Shown here: one piece after another, positions 17,801-27,114 of the stretch | Numbering within the stretch: the stretch's first letter is position 1 | Layout: each line of letters starts with the position of its first letter | Origin: Candidatus Moraniibacteriota bacterium | GTDB lineage: Bacteria; Patescibacteriota; Minisyncoccia; Moranbacterales; UBA1568 | DNA: 58,230 nt | Assembly: GCA_018062205.1 (NCBI GenBank) | Contig: JAGOSP010000005.1 | Coordinates: forward strand, 1 to 58,230 | Direction of reading: 5' to 3' | The notes under the pieces: model-generated | What the model was told of the DNA's origin: nothing | Databases searched by the model: none | Seen by the model: the letters and a program-made list of their open reading frames with translations, nothing else | Position numbers and translations under genes: made by a program

Positions 17801-17937
17801 AGTCTTCCTACCATTCCTTATAAATACAATGTACTTAATGTACGGAATTTTTCCATTTCCGTCAATACTTCAGCAATTTCTGGCTTCTTTTACGGCATTT
17901 AAAAAAAGGCGCTCCAGAAAAAAGGCTTCTCGAGACG

Positions 17938-18350
17938 TCATGACAATCGGTGTGCTTCGAGTTCATCAAATCCTGTTTCTGTATCGGGCACTCGTGTATA
18001 CTCCACGTTTTCGAGAATACCAATGACCACTTCAATGGTAAAAAACACCGGACAGCCCTCCTTGAGATGCCCGCCATAACAACGTCCTTCACGATCTGAA
18101 ACGGAAGCATGGATGTGACATCCATCCGGAGAGAGCGTCCCAGTACACGAAACAATTTCAAGCGGTCCCTCAATCTTCTTCACGGTATGCTCGCCTGAAT
18201 CCTGTTTGGGCATACGTAGAAACGCGTATCGCACGCCACCCACTGCCGAGAGGATGACACTCCCGCTGCTACCCCATGCCTCGCTACGACCTCTTCTACC
18301 CCTTCTCGGAAATACTGCCCCGGCTTCAGTCTCACGGTTATAGTACGCAT
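17938..18350 (-). pseudogene. PPC/DUF296 domain protein gene interrupted by a frameshift near 18255-18265
   Basis: The ATG at 18350 gives MRTITVRLKPGQYFREGVEEVVARHGVAAG. The family sequence then continues in another frame as VILSAVGGVRYAFLRM...GPLEIVSCTGTL...HIHASV...GGHLKEG (ORF 17938-18243). Confidence 0.6.
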
Positions 18351-18355
18351 ATCAT

Positions 18356-18844
18356 TCATCGTTTATAAGTATCGCCTCCAACCGGATCCACTCTCTCCAC
18401 AAAAAAACGGAGGTCGTCTGCCGTCTTGTCGGTCAGGTCGAAACCAAATACGCGCGAAATCGGTATCCAACCGAAGTCCGCGCCCTCGCCGAGATGCATC
18501 GTCGATTTGTCCCGATCACTTTCGACGAGAAACACATACCGCCAGACATTCCTTTCTTCATTCCGGTAATCCCGGAGTGGTAGAATCTCACTTGGCGAAA
18601 GATCAATATCCAACTCTTCTTTCATCTCACGTATAAAAGTCTCAATCGGTGTCTCATTCCCCTCGCTCAAGCCACCGAAGAACCCCCACTTATGCGGATT
18701 GACCGTCGTATTTCCGTCCCGCTTATGGAGCAGGGCGGACTGGTTCTTCGGGTTATACAAAAACCCACCCGCAAAGAATTGCTCTCCTGACATATCTTTC
18801 TCAAAATATAACTTGTTATAAATTCTCCCTCCTTGAATTGACAA
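18356..18844 (-). CDS. NUDIX hydrolase
   Basis: Nudix box GGLSEGNETPIETFIREMKEELDI. The true start is uncertain (internal ATG at 18793). The stop codon is TGA. Confidence 0.85.
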   Translation of the reverse strand: MSIQGGRIYNKLYFEKDMSGEQFFAGGFLYNPKNQSALLHKRDGNTTVNPHKWGFFGGLSEGNETPIETFIREMKEELDIDLSPSEILPLRDYRNEERNVWRYVFLVESDRDKSTMHLGEGADFGWIPISRVFGFDLTDKTADDLRFFVERVDPVGGDTYKR

Positions 18845-19023
18845 AGGCGACCGACATTGCTACCGTTTCATTACCTGCGGGGTGATTTAGCCACCAACCC
18901 GCCCTTCTCGGAGGAGAAAGGTTGGCCGACGCAAGACTTGGAAAAGGGTTTGGTAGCGGCGAGCGAACAACCATGAGCTGGAATCACAGCTCAACACTTA
19001 TCCAAGACCCTTGCGTCTTTTTT

Positions 19024-21675
19024 TTATTTCCCATGGCACTTCTTCCATTTCTTCCCCGAACCACATGGGCAAGGATCGTTCCGATTGACAGTGCTTGTAT
19101 TCACGATTGGTTTCTGCTCAATCGGCTCTCCTGATGATTTACCCGTAGCAGTTGCCCCGGCAAATTGCCCCACACTTTCATCGGCGCCCCGAAACTCAAG
19201 ATTCACTGAAGGCTGCACGAGAGAAGCAATCGGTGTTGTTCCCATAGGCTCGAGTTTGAGTAGTGTCATCAGATATGTTTTCCGTACGCTGTCAAGCAAC
19301 AAAGTGAAAAGGTCATATGCCTCGCGCTTATATTCAATCAACGGATCACGCTGGCCGTAGCCACGCAAACCAATACCCTGACGCAGATAATCAATTTCAT
19401 CGAGATGATTCATCCAGAGCTGATCAAGCGAACGAATATAGAGCGCTCGTTCAATTTGCTGCCACATGCCTGCTCCAAAATCATTCTCCTTCGCAATACA
19501 AACTACCTTGGACTCACCAACCAAATATTCTTTGAGCGCGCTTTTCTTTTCGGCTTCGGTTTTCGAGTGATCATCCCGAATGGTCTCGAGCTTCTTCAAT
19601 GCCATCTTTTCATTCAGCGAAGGGAAAAGACCATTGGCCTCAGCAGCAATGGTGTCGACATTCCAAGTTGCCTCTTCGTTAACACAGTGAAACGCAATCA
19701 TACGTTCAAACTCTTCTCCAACGAGGCGTAGTGTTTCGTCGGTAAATCGCTCAACCGAAAGAGCATGTTTGCGACGGCGATACACCACCTCGCGCTGCTT
19801 ATTCATCACATCATCATATTCCAGTACGTGTTTGCGAATATCAAAGTTGAAACCCTCAATTTTTGACTGAGCACTCTCAATGGTTTTTGAAACAATACCA
19901 TTTTGAATCGGTTCGTCATCGGGCAAACCAAGCGAGGTCATAATACTCTTCATCTTGTCACCACCAAAACGCCGCATGAGCTCATCCTCTAGAGAAACAT
20001 AAAACTGTGTTTCTCCCGGATCACCCTGGCGACCAGACCGACCACGAAGCTGATTATCAATACGGCGAGCCTCATGACGTTCGGTACCAATGATGACTAG
20101 TCCTCCAAGCTCACGTACGCCATCGCCCAGTTTGATATCTGTTCCGCGACCAGCCATGTTGGTGGCAATAGTCACCGAACCCTTCTGTCCGGCACCCGCG
20201 ATAATAGCCGCTTCACGCTCATGATTTTTTGCATTGAGTACCTGATGCACAACGCCTTGACGTTCAAGTAGAGCCGCAAGATATTCTGACTTCTCAATCG
20301 CCACCGTACCGACGAGAACTGGCTGACCCTTCGTTCCTAATTCCTTCACCCGATTGGCAATAGCCTGAAATTTTGCCTCTTCAGTCTTGTATACAATATC
20401 CGACAAATCCTGCCGAATCATTGACCGATGTGTTGGCACTTCAACTACTTCAAGTTTATAGACTTTAAAAAATTCTTCCGCGGAAGTGGTTGCCGTTCCA
20501 GTCATACCAGAAATTTTCTGATACAAACGAAAATAATTCTGAAACGTAATGGTGGCGAGAGTGCGAGATTCCTTCTGTACGGTCACATGTTCTTTCGCTT
20601 CAATCGCCTGATGTAGTCCCTCGCTATACCGACGCCCCGGCATCAGTCGACCCGTAAAATCATCCACAATAATCACCTCGCCATCCTTCACGACATAATC
20701 TCGATCGAGCTTGAAAATCACTTCAGCTTTCAGTGACTGTTCCAGATGATGGACATATTGAACATTGCCTGAAGCGTAAATATTTCCCATTCCAAGAAGT
20801 TTTTCCACCGAATCCATACCGGCATCCGTAAGTGTCACCACCTTCATCTTTTCATCAACAACATAGTCTTTTTCAATTTGCAGACGCGGAATAATACGCG
20901 AAAATTGCTCATACAATTTGGTAGATTCGGTATCGGGAGCCGAAATGATAAGCGGCGTACGAGCTTCGTCAATCAAAATAGAATCTACCTCGTCCACGAT
21001 GGCATAGTGCAATTCACGTTGTGCCATTTCTGAAATATCTGACACCATATTGTCACGCAAAAAATCGAAACCAAACTCATTGTTGGTTCCATACGTGATG
21101 TCAGCCCGATAGGCCTCTCGGCGCGTGATTGGAATCAGGTTTTCCGTTTCGATACTCACAGAATCAGCATCCGTCACGCGTGGTTCAAATCGAAACGATG
21201 TCCCCTGATGACAAATACACGAGGTTGAAAGTCCGAGAAATGCATAAATACGCCCCATCCAGTTAGCATCACGCTTCGCCAAATAATCATTCACAGTAAT
21301 AACATGCACCCCCTTACCGGTAAGCGCATTCAAATATACCGGCAAGGTTGAAGTAAGCGTTTTGCCTTCGCCCGTTTTCATTTCCGCAATTTTTCCCTGA
21401 TGGAGCACCATGCCACCCAGCAGCTGCACGCCATAGTGCCGCTCGCCAATCACGCGCTTAGCTGCTTCGCGTACCGTTGCAAACGCTTCGGGCAATAGAT
21501 TGTCCAGCGTTTCCCCTTGCGTGAGACGTTCGCGAAACTCAACTGTTTTCTTCTGAAGGTCTTCATCGGAAAGGGCCTCAAAAGTTGGCGAGAGACGGTC
21601 AATTGCCTCTGCCGTCGGTTTAAGCTTATCGATAACTCTTTCGTTCGAACCAAACAGTTTCTGGAGAAAAGACAT
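19024..21675 (-). CDS. secA: Preprotein translocase ATPase SecA
   Basis: MSFLQKLFGSNERVIDKL N-terminus with an AAGGAA RBS. Walker A MKTGEGKT, DEAD-like DEVDSILIDEARTPLIIS, and C-terminal zinc motif CPCGSGKKWKKCHG. Confidence 0.95.
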   Translation of the reverse strand: MSFLQKLFGSNERVIDKLKPTAEAIDRLSPTFEALSDEDLQKKTVEFRERLTQGETLDNLLPEAFATVREAAKRVIGERHYGVQLLGGMVLHQGKIAEMKTGEGKTLTSTLPVYLNALTGKGVHVITVNDYLAKRDANWMGRIYAFLGLSTSCICHQGTSFRFEPRVTDADSVSIETENLIPITRREAYRADITYGTNNEFGFDFLRDNMVSDISEMAQRELHYAIVDEVDSILIDEARTPLIISAPDTESTKLYEQFSRIIPRLQIEKDYVVDEKMKVVTLTDAGMDSVEKLLGMGNIYASGNVQYVHHLEQSLKAEVIFKLDRDYVVKDGEVIIVDDFTGRLMPGRRYSEGLHQAIEAKEHVTVQKESRTLATITFQNYFRLYQKISGMTGTATTSAEEFFKVYKLEVVEVPTHRSMIRQDLSDIVYKTEEAKFQAIANRVKELGTKGQPVLVGTVAIEKSEYLAALLERQGVVHQVLNAKNHEREAAIIAGAGQKGSVTIATNMAGRGTDIKLGDGVRELGGLVIIGTERHEARRIDNQLRGRSGRQGDPGETQFYVSLEDELMRRFGGDKMKSIMTSLGLPDDEPIQNGIVSKTIESAQSKIEGFNFDIRKHVLEYDDVMNKQREVVYRRRKHALSVERFTDETLRLVGEEFERMIAFHCVNEEATWNVDTIAAEANGLFPSLNEKMALKKLETIRDDHSKTEAEKKSALKEYLVGESKVVCIAKENDFGAGMWQQIERALYIRSLDQLWMNHLDEIDYLRQGIGLRGYGQRDPLIEYKREAYDLFTLLLDSVRKTYLMTLLKLEPMGTTPIASLVQPSVNLEFRGADESVGQFAGATATGKSSGEPIEQKPIVNTSTVNRNDPCPCGSGKKWKKCHGK

Positions 21676-21808
21676 AGGAGTTTCCTTCATTAAAGCCAAA
21701 TGTCTGATTATTCTACCACCCTGCTCCCTACCAGTCAAAAAAAGAAAACGGGTTAGCCATAGCTCTGGCTTCCCCGTTCCGTAATCACACACATTTTTTG
21801 GAAAAATT

Positions 21809-22438
21809 TTAAAATGTCCCGCTTGCGATACGGTCGAGCCAAATCGCTGCCAGTCCGACGGTAGCGGTATTGTTGACCATTCCGTTTAGAACATCGATGA
21901 GTGTCGCTGGTGATGCAGCCTGCTCGATTGCTCCCTTCGACTGTCCCAAACACTCCGCTTGAGCAGCACAAGTCGACGTTTTCAGCGATATGAGATCGAC
22001 TCCTATCTGCCGGCGCACCACCACAAACCGGGCTGCCAATACGATAGCCCGCAAAAATGGGTACTCAGAGAGTGCCTGCGGCGCCCGCGAATGCCTGTCA
22101 TCAAAACCAGATACATACAAGTGCCACCCGATATTTGTATTCACATCAAAACGCATATCAAGGCAACTTCTTGCTATTTGCCGCATGCCGCGTGCGGCCA
22201 ATCCAATAGTGCTGCTCGCTTGCACACGCATTTGTTCGTTCACCAAGACAGACCAGAGAAGCGTCTCCTCGCAACCCTGAACAGTAAAGAAATCACCGAC
22301 TATTTGACATGAAAGAAGATCAAACTCATCTGCCGTAGTTGTCGGTATAAATGGTGCCACTTTTTTCAAGTCCGTGAACCAAGCTGGTATGGGATTCCGT
22401 TCCTCATCCATCCCTCTTCTCCTCTTATGATTGATCAA
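21809..22438 (-). CDS. Hypothetical protein (up to 209 aa)
   Basis: Long ORF between secA and engB. No recognisable motif. An alternative start is at Met10. Confidence 0.45.
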   Translation of the reverse strand: MINHKRRRGMDEERNPIPAWFTDLKKVAPFIPTTTADEFDLLSCQIVGDFFTVQGCEETLLWSVLVNEQMRVQASSTIGLAARGMRQIARSCLDMRFDVNTNIGWHLYVSGFDDRHSRAPQALSEYPFLRAIVLAARFVVVRRQIGVDLISLKTSTCAAQAECLGQSKGAIEQAASPATLIDVLNGMVNNTATVGLAAIWLDRIASGTF

Positions 22439-22564
22439 ACGATCGAAAAATTGTCAAAGTTCTATCTTTATATTATAAACCTAAATGATGTAAGAGTCAA
22501 TAGCAGAAAAAACGGGCTGGCTTTCGTTCAAGCCTTCCCGTTTTATCCACAATTTCCATTTCAA

Positions 22565-22930
22565 TCACGCATTGTCACTCGCACAACAACAGGAAGGCGT
22601 TCTGGTTTTTTGCGTGAAATCACCGAGGATTTCAAGAAGCGTCACCTCAGTATGCGATGGTTCGCTCACAAACAAAGTCCGATGAGGGGAAACTACGAGT
22701 CCTTGATACGCCGCCGTGCTCACCTTTTGAAACAACCTCCCATTCAGTCGAAAAAGCGCACCCACCGGAAGGTCCTCTGCTCCCACAGGAACACATAGCC
22801 ATATACGCGCCACCTGCCTCGTATGCAAGATTACTCTGCGCCCAGCGTTTTTCTGATACACCAGCGACACACAATCACTCAGACTACCCATCTGAAAAAA
22901 TGCCCCGCTTGGTATGTCAAAGTACATCAT
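22565..22930 (-). CDS. Hypothetical protein (121 aa)
   Basis: ORF only. Overlapping antisense ORFs make the coding strand uncertain. Confidence 0.35.
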   Translation of the reverse strand: MMYFDIPSGAFFQMGSLSDCVSLVYQKNAGRRVILHTRQVARIWLCVPVGAEDLPVGALFRLNGRLFQKVSTAAYQGLVVSPHRTLFVSEPSHTEVTLLEILGDFTQKTRTPSCCCASDNA

Positions 22931-22988
22931 CTTATCGCTCCTTTCTCAGAAAATTTCCGTTCAATTGAATTTTTAAAAAAACTTGACC

Positions 22989-23579
22989 TTACTCTGCGCC
23001 TTCATTCTCAGCTTCCAAAAGCAATGCGAGGAGTTCATTGCGTCCTTCACCGGTTTTGGCGGAGTAGCGTACCACTGCGGCTTCGGGGAACATCGTGCGC
23101 AAGGTCAAGACATTGCGTGCCACATCGTTTTGCTTCCCTTTATCCGCTTTGTTCGCTACGAGCACGATTTTGTGTCCCGTATCTGCGAGCAAAGCATAGG
23201 TTGCGTGATCGGAATTTTTGAGTCCGATTTCCGCGTCCACAATCAGAACGAAATAGCGGAATGGTACCATCGACTCATTCACGAACCACGAAAGTTGCTT
23301 TCCGATTTTTTCTTGTCGTTCGTGTGACAGTTTGGCGAACCCGTATCCCGGTAAATCAACAAAATATACGGCTTTGTCGATGAGAAAATAATTGATAGCG
23401 GTGGTTCTTCCTTGGGTATTACTGGAATAGGCAAGCTTTTTCACCCGCACAAGTGAGTTGATAACACTCGATTTCCCGACATTCGAACGTCCCAAAAATG
23501 CTACCACTGGAAAATCAACTTCGGGGAGACCCTCCGTCCCCGTGACAGCTTTGACAAATTGTGCGGAACGAATAGCCAT
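22989..23579 (-). CDS. engB: Ribosome biogenesis GTPase EngB/YsxC/YihA
   Basis: G1 motif GRSNVGKSS, G3 motif DLPGYGFA, G4 motif NKADK. Confidence 0.9.
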   Translation of the reverse strand: MAIRSAQFVKAVTGTEGLPEVDFPVVAFLGRSNVGKSSVINSLVRVKKLAYSSNTQGRTTAINYFLIDKAVYFVDLPGYGFAKLSHERQEKIGKQLSWFVNESMVPFRYFVLIVDAEIGLKNSDHATYALLADTGHKIVLVANKADKGKQNDVARNVLTLRTMFPEAAVVRYSAKTGEGRNELLALLLEAENEGAE

Positions 23580-23626
23580 AACGGTATCATTGACAATACG
23601 AATAAAATATTTTATCGTAAAAATGA

Positions 23627-23911
23627 GTTCTCGTCAAACCCTCGAAAAGAGTCTGTCTTGCAAAAAAATATTATTACGAGTGTGGCTGCACGGTCGACAC
23701 CTGTCCCGATCCCACCGACCCCGCAAACAGGAAATTGGTGCTCGATCTCTGGGTCTGGTGGCTTACGCCGAGTGACGAAGAACCATTCACTTGCCCTGAC
23801 TGTCGCCAGACATTCATCCCACTCCCACCACTTATGTCTGATGAGACAGAACCTGTCCGCAGGCGACCGATACATCCGTCCTTCTTTCCCCTGATACAAA
23901 GTCCGTCCTAA
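23627..23911 (+). CDS. Possible small zinc-ribbon protein (open frame without a canonical start; may connect to the ATG at 23623 across an A7 run)
   Basis: The frame reads ...YYECGCTVDTCPD...EEPFTCPDCRQTFIPLPP..., a CxC/CxxC pair pattern. A plus-strand intrinsic terminator follows at 23935-23970. Confidence 0.3.
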   Translation, partial: VLVKPSKRVCLAKKYYYECGCTVDTCPDPTDPANRKLVLDLWVWWLTPSDEEPFTCPDCRQTFIPLPPLMSDETEPVRRRPIHPSFFPLIQSPS

Positions 23912-23934
23912 CACGACCCATGACACCCTTTCAG

Positions 23935-23970
23935 CCCCCGCGTGCGAATTCTACGTGGGGGTCGTTTTTT
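23935..23970 (+). terminator. Intrinsic terminator (plus-strand orientation)
   Basis: CCCCCGCGT-gcgaattct-ACGTGGGGG hairpin followed by TCGTTTTTT. Confidence 0.55.
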
Positions 23971-23987
23971 ATCTATAAGAGAAAAAG

Positions 23988-24338
23988 TTAAAACCGAGCG
24001 GCGGCGTCGAGCACGACTTTTTTCTTGATGGAACGCGCACCACGAAGCTTCATGGTCACCTGTCGCTCTTTCTCATGCAGCAATTCATGCATGAGTTTTT
24101 CTACTACTAAGTCGATTGATCCCTCGATACTCTCACTCGTTTCTTCGGCTCGATACAGATGCTTCGGGGCTCGAATCATGACTTCCACGCGATATTTTCC
24201 CTGCTTGTTTTTGTCCACTTCGATCTCAATTTTTGAGGCGGTATCCGCAAGTTTTTCCAGCTTAGCTATTTTTTTCAAAATATATCCACGCGCTTTATCA
24301 TCAGCGTCGCTCGTCTGCAACAAGAATCGTGTTGTCAT
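23988..24338 (-). CDS. hpf: Ribosome hibernation promoting factor (S30EA/RaiA family, short form)
   Basis: KIAKLEKL...IEIEVDKNKQGKYRVEVMIRAPKHLYRAEETSESIEGSIDLVVEKL pattern typical of HPF/YfiA. Confidence 0.85.
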   Translation of the reverse strand: MTTRFLLQTSDADDKARGYILKKIAKLEKLADTASKIEIEVDKNKQGKYRVEVMIRAPKHLYRAEETSESIEGSIDLVVEKLMHELLHEKERQVTMKLRGARSIKKKVVLDAAARF

Positions 24339-24470
24339 ACTCGTATACTTATTTCAGATTACGCTTCTATTATACACCCTGTTCAGGAAGAATACATCGC
24401 TAATAAAAAATTCACACTTTTCACGTGAGAATACGCATAATAACGCTACTTGAGGGATTCTCAAAAAACA

Positions 24471-24701
24471 CTACAGGCCAACCGGCAAAGAATTGGAAAA
24501 AATATTGAGAATGTACGGCAACGCAATCATCATTCCAAAAAGAGGAAGAAAAAGGGCTAGGAGTGACAAAATCAGAAACCAGAAAAAATACTTGCGTGTT
24601 TTTTCGGCTGATTCGCGAGTTGCATCAACTTTTCGTTCGAGTTCCTCAATTTTTCGCATCAGCGCTTCTTCCATATATTTGTTCTTTAAGATGTCTGCCA
24701 A
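24471..24701 (-). CDS. Small membrane protein (76 aa)
   Basis: Charged coiled N-terminal part followed by one long hydrophobic segment (FFWFLILSLLALFLPLFGMMIALPYIL). Confidence 0.5.
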   Translation of the reverse strand: MADILKNKYMEEALMRKIEELERKVDATRESAEKTRKYFFWFLILSLLALFLPLFGMMIALPYILNIFSNSLPVGL

Positions 24702-24722
24702 GAAACCTTCATCGTCTCAGTA

Positions 24723-25652
24723 TCAAAACCCTATCATTTGTACTTCTTCTTGAAGCTGCACACGAAGATCGTCACGCACACGACGTTTCACCATACTCGC
24801 GAGTATTATCACGTCCTCAGCCGTCGCATTGCCAGTATTGATAATATAGTTTGGATGCTGATCGCTCACTTTGGCCCCGCCAACATGCTTGCCGCGAAGA
24901 CCCACATGATCGATCAACCACCCGGCAGGAAGTTTCTCGTCTTTTGGAAGAGCGCCAGTATCCTTTGCAAATTCTTCTCGAAGCTTTTCGTCTTTCACAA
25001 CTGGGTTCATAAAAAATGATCCGGCACATTTTGCGGACTGTGCATGCTTCGACTCGCGCAAAGCGATAATACGTTCCATCTCATTTCCAATCGTATTCTT
25101 ATCACCCGGCGTTAGCAAAATTTCTGCTGACAAAATAATAAATTCTGTCTGTTTTTTGAAAAGACTGTTTCGATAGGTAAAGCTACAAGCTTCTGTTCCA
25201 AGCTCGCGAACCATGCCTGTGTTTTTATTAAACACCTTAACGCTTCGTATCAAACTCCCAATTTCTGTCCCGAAAGCGCCCGCATTCCCCCGAAGAGCTC
25301 CCCCGAAACTTCCGGGAACTCCAGCAAGATTTGCCATTCCTGCTAATCCTTTGTCGCGTGCGGTTTCCGTGATGCGTTTCAAACTAATCCCAGCCCCAGC
25401 CTCAATCATAAAGTCGTGCGCCGTCAAACCTCCGTCAGAAATTTTAATCACTAACCCCCGGTATCCAGCATCAGAAAAAAGGATATTCGTTCCACCACCG
25501 ATAACGAAATAGGGAGTTTTTTCTCGAAGAGCAAATTCAATACTCTCTGCAATCTCAAGCGGACCTGAAGCCTCAATAAACAGATCCGCTGGTCCTCCGA
25601 TACCGAAAGAAGTATGCCGAGACAAGGGTTCTTGTTTTTTGATATGCAGCAT
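24723..25652 (-). CDS. murB: UDP-N-acetylenolpyruvoylglucosamine reductase
   Basis: HTSFGIGGPADLF, VIGGGTNILFSD (FAD-binding), and a C-terminal GGAKVSDQHPNYIIN motif. Confidence 0.92.
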   Translation of the reverse strand: MLHIKKQEPLSRHTSFGIGGPADLFIEASGPLEIAESIEFALREKTPYFVIGGGTNILFSDAGYRGLVIKISDGGLTAHDFMIEAGAGISLKRITETARDKGLAGMANLAGVPGSFGGALRGNAGAFGTEIGSLIRSVKVFNKNTGMVRELGTEACSFTYRNSLFKKQTEFIILSAEILLTPGDKNTIGNEMERIIALRESKHAQSAKCAGSFFMNPVVKDEKLREEFAKDTGALPKDEKLPAGWLIDHVGLRGKHVGGAKVSDQHPNYIINTGNATAEDVIILASMVKRRVRDDLRVQLQEEVQMIGF

Positions 25653-25661
25653 AAAGTATGA

Positions 25662-27095
25662 TTAGCGATGTGAATCGATGGCTGATCGTGCAAGAGTATG
25701 ACTTACTTTCCAAACGTCTCCAGCACCCAAGGATATAATAACATCATTTCGTCCCATAGACTGGTACAATTCTGCAATCAATACCTCACTTTCATGCGCT
25801 ACCCTACTTTTTCCTGGCGCAAAACGCTCCATAATATTCACAATATCTTGTGAACTCACTCCGCCCTGTTCTTCGCGTGCACTCCCATAAATATCCAGAA
25901 TATACACACGGTCTGCGTCCTCAAAACACTGTGCAAAATCTTGAAGCAGGGCCTTTGTTCGGGTAAAAGTGTGCGGATGAAAAACAACGGTGAGCATTTT
26001 TGTCGGGAACATCTCTCGAAAAGCGCGCAATGTCACCCGAACTTCTTCGGGATGATGAGCATAGTCATCGTACAATAAGGAACCAAAACGCTCCCCAATA
26101 TATTCAAACCGACGTTCGGTTCCCGGAAAAGTTTCTAGCGCCAAACCAACATTACGCATGTCTTTCTGGAGAAAATTGAGCAAAGCTATAATAGCAGTCG
26201 CATTGAGCGCATTGTGTCTACCTGCTAATTGTAGAGCATACTCTCCGAAAAGTTCTCCGTTCTGGAAAACCGAGAATCGCTGAAGCAAAACACCCGACTT
26301 GGGAGTGGTAGTCGGAAGTGCCGTATACGCCGTTACTTGATAGAGAGCTCCTTCTCCTTGACCGTAGGAGATCTTCTGACAATGAGCAGCTTCTGCTACG
26401 CGTACCACTGCGGCAGAATCATGACAATATACCAAAACTCCATGCGGAGGTATTCTCGCAACAAATTCTCGGAAAACATGCTCGTATGCTTCTGCGTCAG
26501 AAAAAAAATCAGGATGGTCAAAATCAGCACTCGTCAAAATCACCGCGAATGGTTGATATTCTTTGAGTTTATTTTGATATTCATCAGCTTCAAGTACGAG
26601 ATATTGACCAGTCCCCAGAAGCGCGCCCCCGCCCCATGCTGCAATCCGGCTTCCAACAATGGCCGTTGGAGATTCATCTATCTGCTCCAGTACGTGTCCA
26701 AGCAATGCGCTTGTTGTTGTTTTGCCGTGTGTCCCAGCAACCGCCAGCGTCAGGTACTCATTCGTAAGTACTCCAACAGCTTCTGGATAACTCAGTACTG
26801 GTTTCCCACCTTCAAAAGCCGCCCGAAGCTCTGGGTTTCGCTCCGGAGAATAGGAAGTTGAATAGACAATCATCTCTGCATCAGAAGGAATATTCTCTGG
26901 TACGAAGGACTCATTCACTTCCACGTTTAATGATTTCAGAATACTGTCCGTGAAAAAAACTTCACTCGTATCTGAGCCTGTAACATGTTTTCCTTGATGC
27001 ACAAAAATCTGTGCTAACGCCGCCATGCCAGCACCTTTGATGCCAATCATATGCACACGCTTGAGTATTGTCAGTGAAGTTCGACTCATAGACAC
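25662..27095 (-). CDS. murC: UDP-N-acetylmuramate--L-alanine ligase
   Basis: HMIGIKGAGMAALA and VAGTHGKTTTSA (Mur ligase P-loop). Confidence 0.93.
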   Translation of the reverse strand: MSMSRTSLTILKRVHMIGIKGAGMAALAQIFVHQGKHVTGSDTSEVFFTDSILKSLNVEVNESFVPENIPSDAEMIVYSTSYSPERNPELRAAFEGGKPVLSYPEAVGVLTNEYLTLAVAGTHGKTTTSALLGHVLEQIDESPTAIVGSRIAAWGGGALLGTGQYLVLEADEYQNKLKEYQPFAVILTSADFDHPDFFSDAEAYEHVFREFVARIPPHGVLVYCHDSAAVVRVAEAAHCQKISYGQGEGALYQVTAYTALPTTTPKSGVLLQRFSVFQNGELFGEYALQLAGRHNALNATAIIALLNFLQKDMRNVGLALETFPGTERRFEYIGERFGSLLYDDYAHHPEEVRVTLRAFREMFPTKMLTVVFHPHTFTRTKALLQDFAQCFEDADRVYILDIYGSAREEQGGVSSQDIVNIMERFAPGKSRVAHESEVLIAELYQSMGRNDVIISLGAGDVWKVSHTLARSAIDSHR

Positions 27096-27114
27096 AATCC
27101 AGTCAAATTTGCAT

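Noticed and set aside
18845-19023. SRP (4.5S) RNA, also considered for 40492-40718.
   Set aside because: The conserved domain IV motif (GGAA tetraloop flanked by AGGUCAGG... and ...GGAAGCAGCC) is absent. CCGAGGAAGCA at about 40616 lacks the loop and the pairing partners.
23612-23926. 104-aa minus-strand ORF between engB and hpf.
   Set aside because: The plus-strand frame shows CxC/CPDC zinc-ribbon motifs and is followed by a plus-oriented terminator. Neither call is secure, so only the plus frame is listed, at low confidence.
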